The notes beneath the pieces were generated by a model, which did not search any database, was not told the DNA's origin, and saw nothing but the letters and a program-made list of their open reading frames with translations. The translations under genes were made by a program, and so were the position numbers. A stretch of 64,000 nucleotides of DNA. Source: Mobula hypostoma (lineage: Eukaryota). The DNA lies in NCBI RefSeq assembly GCF_963921235.1, contig NC_086097.1, positions 35,714,001-35,778,000 of the forward strand. The letters run 5' to 3'. This document shows positions 52,346-64,000 of this stretch, one piece after another. Positions within the stretch are counted from its first letter, which is position 1. Each line of letters begins with the position of its first letter.

Positions 52346-53596
52346 TGTTTGCACTCTGCTAGGCAGCAGTTCATGGTGTACAGCATGGAGACAGTGATAG
52401 TATCATCCAAAACCTTTCTTAGTTCACTTTCAGTTGATTCTATAGCAGGTAATGGAATGCAAATGGTGGATGGATCTCCAACCAAGTTGTAGTTATCTCA
52501 GCCAATCATGACCCCACAATCCTGGCCCTCCTGTTTTTACCACATACAAGTACAATGTGGCTTGTTGGTTGTTGTGCTTCACACTTACGAATGGCATTCC
52601 CACAGGAGTTAGCTTTTCTCTAGCTCTTAGTTATACTTCTGCAGGATTGTGAAGTGACTGAAACAGTCAAACTAGCACTGATTTCCATTTTAATTAATTT
52701 GTTATTCACTTCTAATGTAAGCCATACTGCCTGCCTGTTGTTAGTTTTCACACTGTATATCTCAAGACTACTCAGTCCTGTGTCACTCTAGTTATTACCA
52801 GATTTTATCAACAAAATGCATTAGTGCTCGGTTTGAGATTGCAGCTTCACTTTTTATCTTTACCTCTTCCCTGTGCAGTCCATTTTTTTGTCTGCCCGAC
52901 CTACTCTTTGTATGTTTCCTACTTTGTTGCATTTTCTTCAAGTTTCACATTTAAATTTGCTTTGTTCTCATGTAAGGGAGCCCCAGCCACATGGTAACAT
53001 TTTTTCAGCCAGGCATGTTTCTGTTTAAACGTTGCAATTTTGTTCATGCTAACTTTCATTCCTGACTGCAACTCAATTGCATCTGTCTGCTGTTTCTATT
53101 GATAGAGCTATCTCAACTGCTTTTAAATGTGACTTGTGCTTCAGTTAGGAGCCGTTTTTCAAAGCTTTTTTGCAATATTTCACAAACTTAATGATCAGTA
53201 CATCATTAAGCTCATTACCACACTGACAGTACTCAGACAACTTATTCCACTCAGCCACATATGCTGAAATGGACTCCTTCATTTTGATTCCCTTTATGAA
53301 ACCTAAAGTGTTTTACATTCAATAATTTTGGTTCCAAATATCCTTGCATTACTTTCACAATCTCAGCAAAGCTCATTTCGGCTGGTTTGGTTGGAGTAGC
53401 TAAACTTCTAAGCAAGCTGTATGCTTTACCATCCAATGCACTCAGCCATATTGGCAAGTGCTTTTCATTGACTACTTCATTTCCTTCAAAATATGGCTCC
53501 ATCCATTCAGTATACAAAATTCAGTGAACTCTTGTGTAATCAAAGGCATCAATATTTCTGATGTAGCCAACCATTTCTACTTATTTTAATGATTAA

Positions 53597-54289
53597 TGTA
53601 AGGGAGTTTCGACTTTTATGTTACTGCGGAGGCCAATTAAAATGGCATCTGTTATGTTAACCTGGGGAATGTGGCTTTGTTGTGTTAAATGCTGAGAAAG
53701 TTTGCACTAGCAGCTTGTTTTTCTTTTAGAGTATGATAAGAGGGTGCTATTAACCAATTGGGATAGTTGTTACGGTTTTGGTTTATTTGAAGATACTGTA
53801 TGCGTGGGGTTTTGGGGCAGAAGGCGGGAGAGCGAGACAGAGGATGGACGAGGTGCTGTGAGTCCGCTAACGGGGGTCGGACCCCGAGCGGGGCGTTCAG
53901 CGAGGAGACGGAGACGGACTCGTGTGGAGCGTCTGGTCGACCACCGTTGTTGGTCCCAGACGGCCGGTCGAGGTGGTCTGAGGGGTCGCAGGGTGAAGAA
54001 GAAGGTCCTTGAGCTCCAACGGTTTTTGTGCACAAAGAGATTGAACTTTGATAAGTGTGGCGCCTTTTATTTTCCTTTTATATTTTATTCTCTTTTAATT
54101 ATATAGTTCCAGTAATATCTATAAACTGTATATCATTTAATTGCATCTGATGTATTGTCTGTTATTTGGGCAGGGTGGGGTACCTCACACAACATCCACA
54201 CAAACGAATTACCCAGTTTGCCGGGGCCGAGGCTGTCTCCCTAGACGACAGCGAGCCGAGCGACCCTGAGGGTGGCCGGGGGGACTACA
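53597..54289 (+). mobile_element. Solo LTR in the leader of the RBM25-carrying Gypsy
   Basis: TGTA...TACA ends; TTAA TSD at 53593-53596 and 54290-54293; CCAAT box. Confidence 0.85.
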
Positions 54290-55829
54290 TTAATATCACC
54301 GATACTCACTGTTTATGAATCCTGAATTCTTCCATTTTCTGCCTTTTTAAAACTCAGTCATCATTCTTTTTATGAAAATGCGTTGCTCCAAAGAAAAAAA
54401 AAGTGCTGCATTTTTTTTTTTAAATCTCTACCTTTTTGTGCTGCACTTCAACGGGTGGGTAGTCGCCTTGGGTTTAATTAAAACTTCGTTGTTGCCACTG
54501 TTAAGTTTTGTGGTTTCAGAATACTAAACTAATTGAAAGGAAAGCATGGAGAGTCCACAATACAAGTCTAACTTCATGTTTTCATTTAAGTGAGGCATGC
54601 ACGTATCACAAGGTGGTGTGATGGTGTATGCCATTTATGTACTTTTACATATAACCCATAAAGTATTCAAACAAACAAGAATGCCTAATCAAACAATAAA
54701 TTTACAAATATTACTCAATTATTACTGAAATATGAAATACACAACAATGGGATTATTCAACAAAGCAGGGATTTAATATTTTGTATTAAAGACAAAGCGC
54801 TTTGAGCTTTTTCAGGTGTTCTTGCCCTGTGATGAGCTGGGAAATGCAGATCCTCCAGACACTGAGGTACAAGTGTAAACAAACTTTGCTAATGTGTTAA
54901 GAAGATTAAGCTGCTGATGTGTAATTGCAACATGACCTCAGAGGATTTGTACTGACTGTGAAATGACGGATATTTCCTGGTGCTTGCGTTGCTTCTGTAA
55001 CCTGAGGATAAGAACCAAGTTAATCTTCGTAAAAAGAAATCCACCTGCATTATATATTAGCTATTGTAGGTAAATGAGAAGATCAACTTAAAATCAGTTC
55101 ATTTAACTATAGAGCACATGTCAAAAGTATAATAGATGTCACTTCATTTGAGGAAAATCCTATTTTCATTGAAAATAAACTATGTCTTAGCTTTACTCAG
55201 TCATAGCAAAAAGAAACAAGATGCTCAGCAGGTTAGACAGCACCTGAGGAAAGAGAAACAGATAACTAAGCAGGTTGAAAATTATTTGTCAGAATTTGGA
55301 AAAAATGATAGAAGTTCGGTTCAGAATTGACAGGCAAGGTTCAAGCCCAACTCTGGAATTTATGTAAAGATCACCACTTCCTCAAAACTCAGTAGCATTT
55401 TCCTGCTGTCATAACAAACACTTATCCTTCAGTCATTCAAGTAAACAACAGGCAGAAGCAAGCTAGATGATCGTCACTCAGCTGTTTCCAGTTAAACTCA
55501 GACTGATCTGCTGCTAATATGGGACTTGTTGAGAGCAGAGCCTCATCATTCTGGGATCCTGTGCAATTACACTAAGTAATCTGTCTCATCTCCTTTCAGT
55601 ACTAAATAGTCTAACCCTCATTCTGGACTCCTTAGCCAAATTAATATCCTCACCTCCACCCTTTTAAGTTCTTTAAGAATTCTATACATTTCGATAAGAT
55701 CATCTCTCCTTCTTCTAAAGTAAAATAACAGATTTCTAGCCAACTCTGTCTCTCCTCATATGAAAACTAAAACCACCCTGGTGATTCAAAATCAGAATCA
55801 AGTCCATTGTCTCTGACATTTGTCATGAA

Positions 55830-58800
55830 TTGTATTCCAACTTTGCATTTGCCTTCTTTACTTCAGACTCAATCTTCGAATTAACCTTCTAGGAGTTTTT
55901 CCACCAGAACTCCTAAATCCCTCTGCACCTCTGATGTTTGAACCTTCTCCCCATTTAGATAATAGTCCACACTATTCCTTTTATCAAAATGCATTATTAT
56001 ATATTTCCCAACACTATTTCATCTGCCACTTTTTTGCCCATTCTTCTAATTTGTCCAAGTCTAACTTGTCAGTACTACCTATCTTTGGATCATCCACAAA
56101 CTTTGTCACAAAGCCATCAATTCCACTATCTAAATTATTGACAAACAATGTGAAAGATAGCAGTCCCAATACTGACCCCTGAGGAACACCACTAGACACT
56201 GGCAGCCAACCAAAGAAGGCCCCCTTTATTCCCACTCACTGCCTTCTGCCTGTCAGCCAATCCTCTATCCATGCTAGTATATGCCTTGTAACACCATAGG
56301 ATTTTATCTTGTTAAGCAGCCTCATGTCAGGCACCTTATCAAATGCCTTCTGAAAATCCAAGTAAATGACATTCACTGCCTCTCCTTTGTCCACCCTGCT
56401 TGTTGCTTCCTCAAAGAATTCTAACAGATTTGTCAGGCAAGATTTCCCTTTACAGAAACCATGCTGGCTGACTTGTTTATCATTAATCTCCAAGTACTCT
56501 GAATCCCTGTCCTTAATAATGGACTCCAACACTTCTCCAACCACTGATGTTAGGCTAACTGGTCTATAATTTCCTCTCTTTTGTCTTCCTCCTTAAAGAG
56601 TGGAGTGACATTTGCAATTTTCCAGCTTTCTTGGACCATGACAGAATCAAGTCATTCTTGAAAGTTCATGACCAATGCATCTGTTATCTCTTCAGCAACC
56701 TCTCTCAGGATCCTGGGATGTAGTCCATCTGGTTCAGGTGATTTATCGAGCTTAAGACCTTTCAGATGTGCCATCTGTTCAGGTGACTTATCCACTTTAA
56801 AACCTTTGAATTTGCCCTGCACTTTTTCCTTTGTAACAGCAATGGCACTCACTCCTGCTCCCTGATACTCACAGACCCGTGGCACACAGGTAGTATCTTC
56901 CACAGTAAAGAATGAAGCAAAGTACTTATTAAGTTCATCTGCCATTTCTTTGTCTGCCTTTACTACCTCACCAGCATCATTTTCCAGTGATCCAATATCA
57001 ACTCTCACCTCCCTTTCATTCTTTATATGACTGAAATGGCTTTTAGTGTCCTGCTTTATATAATCGGCTAATTTGCCCTCATATTTCATCTTTCCTCTTC
57101 TTATAGATTTAGTTGCCTTTTGTTGGATTTTAAAATCATCCAACTTCCCATTCACTTTTGCTATGTTATATGCGCTTTCCTTGGCTTTTATGCAGTCCTT
57201 TACTACCCTTGTCAGCCCTGGTTGCCTACCCCTGCCATTTGTCAACTCTTTTTCTGTGGCACATATCTATGCTGTGCATTGTGGACTATTCCCAGAAACT
57301 TCAGCCACCTCTGCTCTGCCGTCATTCCCATCATCCATGCCAGTATCCTCCTCCAATCCACCTGGGCAAGCTCCCCTTTCATGTCTTCGTAATTCCCTTT
57401 GTTCCATTGCGATACTGATACATGTGATTTATGCTTCTCCCTCTCAAATTGCAGTATGAATTCAATCATATTATGACTGCCTCCTAAGGGTTCCTCAAAC
57501 ATTAAGCTGACTAATAAGATCTGGGTTATTACGCAACACCCTATCTTCAAATAGCTTTTCCCCTAGTAGGCTCAATCACAAGCTGCTCTAAAAAGCCATC
57601 TCATAGGCATTCAACAAATTCCCTTTCTTGTAATCTGACACCAACCTTGTTTTCCCAATCCCCTTGCATATTGAAGTCTCCTATTACAATTGTGTCATTA
57701 CCATTATTATATGCTCTTTCCAGCTCCCTTTGCAATCTCAACCACATATCTTGATTACTATTTGAAGGCCTATATATGATTCCAAGTGTTTTGTTTTACC
57801 TTACAGTATCTTAATTCCACCCACAAAGATTCAATATTCTCTGACCCAATGTCACTTCTTTCTAAAGATACCATTCCATTCCTTACCAACAGAGCCACAT
57901 CACCGCCTATGCCTTCCTGCCTGTCCTTTCGATACAAAGTACATCTTTTGATGTTAAACTCCCAACTATGGCCTTTTTACAGCCACATCTCAGTGATGCC
58001 CATAACGTCATACTGACCAATCTCTAATTGCACCACAAGTTCATCCACCTTATTCCAAATGCTACGCGCATTTAAATACAGCACCTTCAGTCCTGCATTC
58101 TTTGCCCTTTTAAACTTTGCCTCTGTGGTGCAATTTAACTCTTTGCTCTGTCTGTAGTTGTACCCAATCATTGGCTTGTCCTTCCTTACATTCATATTAC
58201 TTTGTCTACTTGTAAACCCGCTAGCTCATCCTCAGCTCTATCATACTGGTTCCCAACTCCCTCCCATATCAGTTTAAATCACTCCCGACAGCTCCAGCAA
58301 ACCTGCCCGGAAGGGCATTGGTTCCCCTCTGATTCAAGTGCAACCCATTCCTTTTGTACAAGTCACACCTGCCCTAGAAAAGGTCTTAATGATCCAGAAA
58401 TCTGAATCCCTGCCCTCTGCTTCAATTCTTCAGCCACGCATTTATCCGTTATCTCATTCTTTTCCTATCCTCACTGTCGCGTGGCACAGGCAGTAATCCC
58501 GAGATTACTACCCTTGAGGTCCTGCTCCTCAGCTTCCTTCCTAACTCCCTGTATTCTGTTTTCAGGACCTCCACCCTTTTCCTACCTACGTTGTTGGTAC
58601 CAAAATGTACCATGACTTCTGGCTGCTCACCCTCCCTTTTCAGGATATTGTGGATGCTTTCAGAAACATCGTGGATCCTGGCTCCTGGGAGGCAAGCTAC
58701 CATCTGTGTTTCCTTCTTATGTCCACAGAATCGTCTATCTGTCTCCCTAACTATGGAGTCCCCCATTACTGTTGCCACCCTCTTCAATTTCCTGCCTTTC

Positions 58801-58890
58801 TGAGTCACAGGGCCAGAGTCAATTCTAGAGGCACGGCCACTGTTGCTTCCCCCAGGTAGGTCAAGAAATGGCCGGGTTGATGCCCAGCGC
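55830..58890 (-). mobile_element. Long CR1 LINE (ORF1 esterase, endonuclease, RT), decayed
   Basis: GDSIVR...CLPGARI...VHFGTNN (SGNH-type ORF1); LYLNARSI...GITEMWL (APE); SGVPQGSVLG...KFVDD (RT). Confidence 0.9.
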
Positions 58891-59177
58891 ACCCCAAGGC
58901 ACAGAGAGGATCTAACTCACTCTAACATCTAGAAACATTAAACAAACATTAGAAACAAAAACTAGTGAAAACTAACCAATGCATTCAAAATGTAAGCAAG
59001 TTAAATAAGAAATAAAAACAGAATCATTTAAAAATTGAATGGAAAATAGAAGAAATGTAAAGGAACTAAACCTTCTGTCCAGTTTCTTGGATAAAAATGG
59101 TTCAAGTACTTACTCGACAAATTTCATTCCATCATATCATGAAAGTTTGGGCCTCTCTGGGATATAAATCTGAGCAT

Positions 59178-59978
59178 TGTTACGTACCCCGTAACTGGGT
59201 TGCCAAACCAGCAGAAATGGATCACTCAGTTGGAGTCTGGATTACTAGAACTAAGAAAGTTTTATTAAAGAAACAAGCAACACAGTACTCTAATCAAAAG
59301 GATAATGAATGCAACAGTTCAGCAATGATAAACATACATGTACACAGAATTCAGATAACAGGATCAATCAAGCTCTATCGTTGTCTAGGGGTAAATGACC
59401 AGTTTCAAAGTGACGCAAAGTTCAGTTCAATTTAGTTCAGTTCGCAGTAATCGCTGCCGTGGCGATGGACAGTGGGGGGGAAGGAGAGAGAGAGCAAAAC
59501 GAATGAATATTCAAGGCTTCCACACAGACCTTCGCAGTCAGCTTTCAGGCGAGTCCTTTGTGATGTCATCTGAGGTCACCGACCGTGACCCCTCCGTTTC
59601 CAGATACGATCGTTTCCCTGCGGTGAACCTGGCACCCAGGCAAGGGTGGACACACACCAGGTTCCCGCCGATCGTGCCTTTCCACCCTGTGCGTCTGTGG
59701 CCCGGTACTTCCCACCAACTTGTGAGAGACGCACCGCTTCCAGGGTCTTGTTACCTCGGGTGTCGTGTGTGTCCTGCCTTAGCGAACCTGTCCCTTTTTA
59801 TCCCCCTGCTGGGGTATCGTCTGTCCATCACTTCAAACAGTTCAGGGTTCAAAAGGGGGAGCTCCATTGTTTTCCTTATCTCTCTCTCTCCCCTGAAGAC
59901 AGGTGGCAGACCAACTGCTGATTCCACTGGTGCCAGCCCAGGCCAGCTACATCTTAATCTATGTGTATTCTTGTCACA
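59178..59978 (-). mobile_element. Solo LTR of the Gmr1-like family
   Basis: Same TGTTACGTACC...GTCACA ends as the 32762 LTR; 801 bp; TSD GCAT/GCAC. Confidence 0.9.
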
Positions 59979-60629
59979 GCACCAACATCTGGTGATGAAA
60001 TTCATTCTGAATAGTTGTTCTGGTGGAAAAATAGAAAATATCAGTAAGACATTTAAAGGCTTCACAAGAAATGTTTCCAGAAATATTTCCAGAAAGAGCT
60101 CTGGAACGAACAAGCCAGGAATGGACAAATATTTCACCCTGTATCAAGCACATGACTCACCATCAACTGAAATGGCACTTGGCAAAATAGATTACCAAGA
60201 GCTCCTCAACTTCCCAAAACAATTCCAGTCAACATCTGAAGCCGAATTGACTTCAGACACCAGCAACTACAGTAAATTTATTTAGGCATTATGACTGGTT
60301 GTGCAGATATAAATTGAGTCCTTGATAATTGTTTGAATAACTAACTGCTATCTCAGTGGACTGGTTAATGCTGTAACCGCAGCTGTTAGTCAGTCATTTG
60401 ATTTATCATCTTCCAGTTCTTTTTCAGAAAGAAGCAGTTTGTCAATCTGACATCTGATTTCAAATAATGTGTGTTGGTGTCACATAACGTATTGAGACAA
60501 ATGGTGTGAAGGAGAGAAGTAATGGAGGAACTGACAAGAGCATACTCTGAGTGGTTTGTTAAAAAAATGACAAAATGTGAGAGGGAGTCAAAGGTACAGT
60601 GTGAGTGGAGAGAGAGACACACACACAGA

Positions 60630-60745
60630 CAGACAGAGACATACAGTCAGAGATAGGGCGAGAGACACAGACATACAGTCAGAGATAGGGCGAGAGACAC
60701 AGACATACAGTCAGAGATAGGGCGAGAAACACAGACATACAGATG
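60630..60745. repeat. Tandem repeat, about 30-bp unit, 3-4 copies
   Basis: gagacacagacatacagtcagagatagggc repeated. Confidence 0.85.
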
Positions 60746-60879
60746 GAGAGACAGAAAAAGACAGAAAGACAAGGGACGGAGATGGGAGTATTTTGTTACT
60801 TTACTCCTTTTCTCTCCCAGTCACAACTAGTTGTGTGAACTCATAAGGAATAAGTATTGCTTGCATAACAACAGCATGT

Positions 60880-61480
60880 CAGAGATTCCTACAGTTAAAT
60901 CAAAGATACGTACCTGAACTAGTCCCATTTGTTTGCGTTTGGCCCCCATCCTGCTAAACCTTTCCCATCCATGTACATCTCCAAATGTTATAATAGTATC
61001 CACATGTACCACTCCTTCTGGCAGTTCTTTCCATATACCCCTCACCCTTTGAGTGAAAGCCTTGCCCCTCGGGTCCCTTTTAAGTCTTTCTCCTCTCTCA
61101 TTAAACCTAAACCATCTAGTTTTCGATTCCCCTACCCAGGGGAAAATACTGAGTCCATCCACGTTAATTATGGCCCTCATGATCTTATAAGCCTCTATAA
61201 GGTCACACATCAGCCTCCTTCACCCCAGGGAAAACAGACTCATCCTATTTAGTCTTACCTCATAACTCAAGCTCTCCAGCCTCAGCAACATCCTTTTGCA
61301 CCCCACCAGCTGAATCACATCTTTCCTGTCACCTCGCAACCAGAACCACACACAAGGGTGGTCTCACCAATGTAAGAAACTACTACAACATTAATGTTCC
61401 AATGCTTGTACTCAATGCCTTGCCACCACTTTCAGGGAACAGCATTTGAACCCCTCAGTCTCTCTGTTCTGGAACATTCT
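60880..61480 (-). mobile_element. CR1 3' fragment
   Basis: DLIEAYKIMR...FTQRVRGIWKELPEGVV. Confidence 0.85.
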
Positions 61481-61544
61481 TCAAGTTCCTGCCCTCTTCT
61501 GGTTTAATTTCCTATCTGCCCCCACCCCCCAAAAAAGTACTGTA

Positions 61545-61952
61545 TGAATTAAGGGAGCTAGGGCTTTACTCTTTGGAGAGGAGGAGGATGAGAGGAGACA
61601 TGATAGAGGTGTACAAGATAATAAGAGGAATAGATAGAGTGGATAGCCAGTGCCTCTTCCCCAGGGCACCACTGGTCAATACAAGAGGACATGGCTTTAA
61701 GGTAAGGAGTGGGAAGTTCAAGGGGGATATTAAAGGAAGTTTTTTTTTTACTCAGAGAGTGGTTGGTGCATGGAATGCACTGCCTGAGTCAGTGGTGTTT
61801 GCAGATACACTAGTGAAGTTTAAGAGACTACTAGACGGGTATATGGAGGAATTTAAGGTGGGGGCTTATATGGGAGGCAGGGTTTGAGGGTCTGCACAAC
61901 ACTGTGGGCCGAAGGGCCTGTACTGTGCTGTACTTTCCTCTCTATGTTCTAT
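61545..61952 (+). mobile_element. CR1 3' fragment
   Basis: ERRRMRGDMIEVYKIIRGIDRVD...FTQRVVGAWNALPE. Confidence 0.9.
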
Positions 61953-62061
61953 GAATTGTTATCAATAATGCACTGCTGTATCTGTGTATCCTTATTAAAT
62001 GCTGGATTGTCCAGTCATCTAATTACAGCACAATTGATTCCTGGAGTTTCAAAGAAATTTT

Positions 62062-62580
62062 CCTCAGGATGCTATAGATGTATGATGGAGAGCATTCTGA
62101 CAGGCTGCATCACTGTCTGGTATGGAGGGAGGGGCTAATGCACAGGACCGAAAGAAGCTGCAGAGGGTCATAAATTTATTTGGCTCCATCTTGGGTTGTA
62201 GCCTACAAAGTACCCAGGATATCTTCAAGGAGTGGTTTCTCTGAAAGGCAGCATCCGTTATCAAGGTCCTCCAGCACCCAGGGCATGCCCTTTTTTCACA
62301 GTTACCATCAGGTAGGAGATACAGAAGCCTGAAGGCACACACTCAGCGATTCAGGAACAGCTTCTTCCCCTCTGCCATCCGATTCCTAAATGGACATTGA
62401 ACCCTTGAACATTACCTCACTTTTTTAATACATTGTTTTTGTACATTTTTTAAATCTATTCAAATGTACACTGTAATTGATCTACTTATTTTTTCTTTTG
62501 TATTATGTATTGCATTGAACTGCTGCTGCTAAGTTAACAAATTTCACATCACGTCAGTGATAATAAGCCTGATTCTGATT
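62062..62580 (+). mobile_element. Rex1/Babar 3' fragment
   Basis: YRCMMESILTGCITVWYG; tail taataagcctgattctgatt. Confidence 0.8.
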
Positions 62581-62714
62581 CCAGTACACTTCTATTTTAG
62601 TGTTACTGCATTTTACTTCTCCTACTCATATTTAATCACTATGAGATTACTTAGGCTCTTGTCACTTCTTATGAATGCTTCAGTGTCCCACACAAATATT
62701 GGATGAAAGCAGAG

Positions 62715-62910
62715 ATCTGAAGGTGCAGATGCTGGAAATCTTGAGCAACACACACAAAATGCAGGGGGAGCTCAGCAGCTCAGAGACCATAAACAGTTAA
62801 CATTTTGTGCTAAGGTCTGTCCTCAGTTACTGAAGAAGGGTCTTGTCCCAAAATGTCAACTGTTTACTTCTCTCTATAGATGCTGCCTGACCTGTTGCGT
62901 TCCTTGTGCG
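62715..62910. repeat. Decayed head-to-head Penelope tails
   Basis: ctgaagaagggtcttgtcccaaaatgtcaactgttt preceded by the reverse-complement-like aaacagttaacattttg. Confidence 0.55.
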
Positions 62911-64000
62911 TTTTTTTTTTGAGTACGTTTCTCAGAAGGTTCCTATATTTTTTCCTCATACATTACCGCTAAAAACTTCTGACTGAAGCAATTGCATGTT
63001 GTTCTGCTAAACAAGTCTTTGCTTGGAAGACAACTCAAAAAATATTGTCCAAAGCAATGCAGGATTGAAAGTCGCTCTGGAACCAATTTGACCTACAGAA
63101 TAAGAAAGTGCCCTACTTCTCCTCATTGTACTAAAGCCAGGCAGGGATGGTTAGAAGCTCATACTGCTAGCTAGAATTGAGTGATTGGTGATAATAACTG
63201 CATCTAAAATTTCAGCTGCATATTTAACATTCATATACATTACAATCAGTAAAATGATAACACGAGAAGTGGTTTCATAATATGGTTTCATGGAACTATA
63301 TGGATCCTTAAATGTCATGAGCAAATGTGAATGAGGTAATATAATTTGTACAAGACATATAGCTGGTTTTTCATATGCTCTGCAGTTACACAATGAAGCA
63401 GGATCACCATTCCATGAGTAATGATGTGTGCAATGAACCAATTCACTCAATTCATCAACTCTTTGCAATATGATCCTGCACCATCTGCCTTCAAATTTCA
63501 TTTAAAGATAATAGATTTCTACAACTACACCGATCGACTAAAACAAATTTGTTTTTTTTTCCCGTCAATATTTTCATGTTTTTTGCTAGGAAGCAGAGAA
63601 AGGGAAACAGAGTCAGCGGGTTAATAGGAAGCATTGACAATAAATGAACAGCATCCTTCAACACATTTCTGTTCCCCCCCCATATCAATATCACAGATCT
63701 CCATTTACCCATTGCACTCATCTATGTCGCCATTTCCTTTGTTTCACAGCTGATTGACATGGAAGCCCTTGATGACATCTTTCACCTGGGTCCTTTCAGG
63801 ATGTGAGGGGTCTTATGCCACTACTCCTACCCCAAACAGGGATGTAACTGAGAAACTGCATCAAGATTTCTACATCAGTCACTTAAGACAAAACAGGTTA
63901 AAAATATTTTTTAAATATTAGAGCCATTTTCTATCTACACGTGTTTGTCCAAACTAGCTTTGCGTTGTTGGCTAGGAATTTGGGGCAAACATTTATACTA

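Larger units (their letters stand above)
50544..54746 (-). mobile_element. Old Gypsy element carrying an RBM25 fragment in place of RT/RNase H/integrase
   Basis: Related LTRs at 50544-50727 and 54499-54746; PBS-like TGGCAACAACGAAG at 54484-54497; PPT AGGGAGGAA at 50728-50736; gag ATG at 53574 and YFEGNEV...GKAYSLLRSLATPTKP; integrase tail YPTKVRNPPQPLNL; no TSD found. Confidence 0.75.

Noticed and set aside
56720..56805. About 46-bp tandem duplication inside CR1 ORF2
   Set aside because: Ordinary local duplication in a dead LINE
59395..60285. 296-aa ORF
   Set aside because: Antisense read of a solo LTR running into flank; the equivalent frame is broken in the other LTR copies

Overview
Repeat-saturated eukaryotic DNA, most likely from a cartilaginous fish (ray-like; inferred only from the mix of CR1, Rex1/Babar, Penelope, V-SINE and Gypsy repeats). 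I recognise no intact host exon, RNA gene or CRISPR array, so the window reads as intergenic or deep-intronic. Two elements stand out. (1) A young, TSD-flanked Gmr1-like (SCAN-Gag) LTR element at 32762-37615. Its single open 953-aa ORF keeps Gag, zinc knuckle and protease, followed by a pol remnant missing the integrase core, RT catalytic motif and RNase H core but still in frame. Two solo LTRs of this family also lie in the window. (2) An old Gypsy element at about 50544-54746 whose RT/RNase H/integrase region is replaced by an intronless fragment of the host splicing-factor gene RBM25. Also present: a decayed full-length chromodomain Gypsy, an RT-less Gypsy, a collapsed retrovirus-like pro/pol remnant, inverted-repeat Penelope insertions with minimal hammerhead motifs, and a minisatellite expanded inside a solo LTR. 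All alignments and identity figures were made by eye, and boundaries of decayed repeats are approximate.
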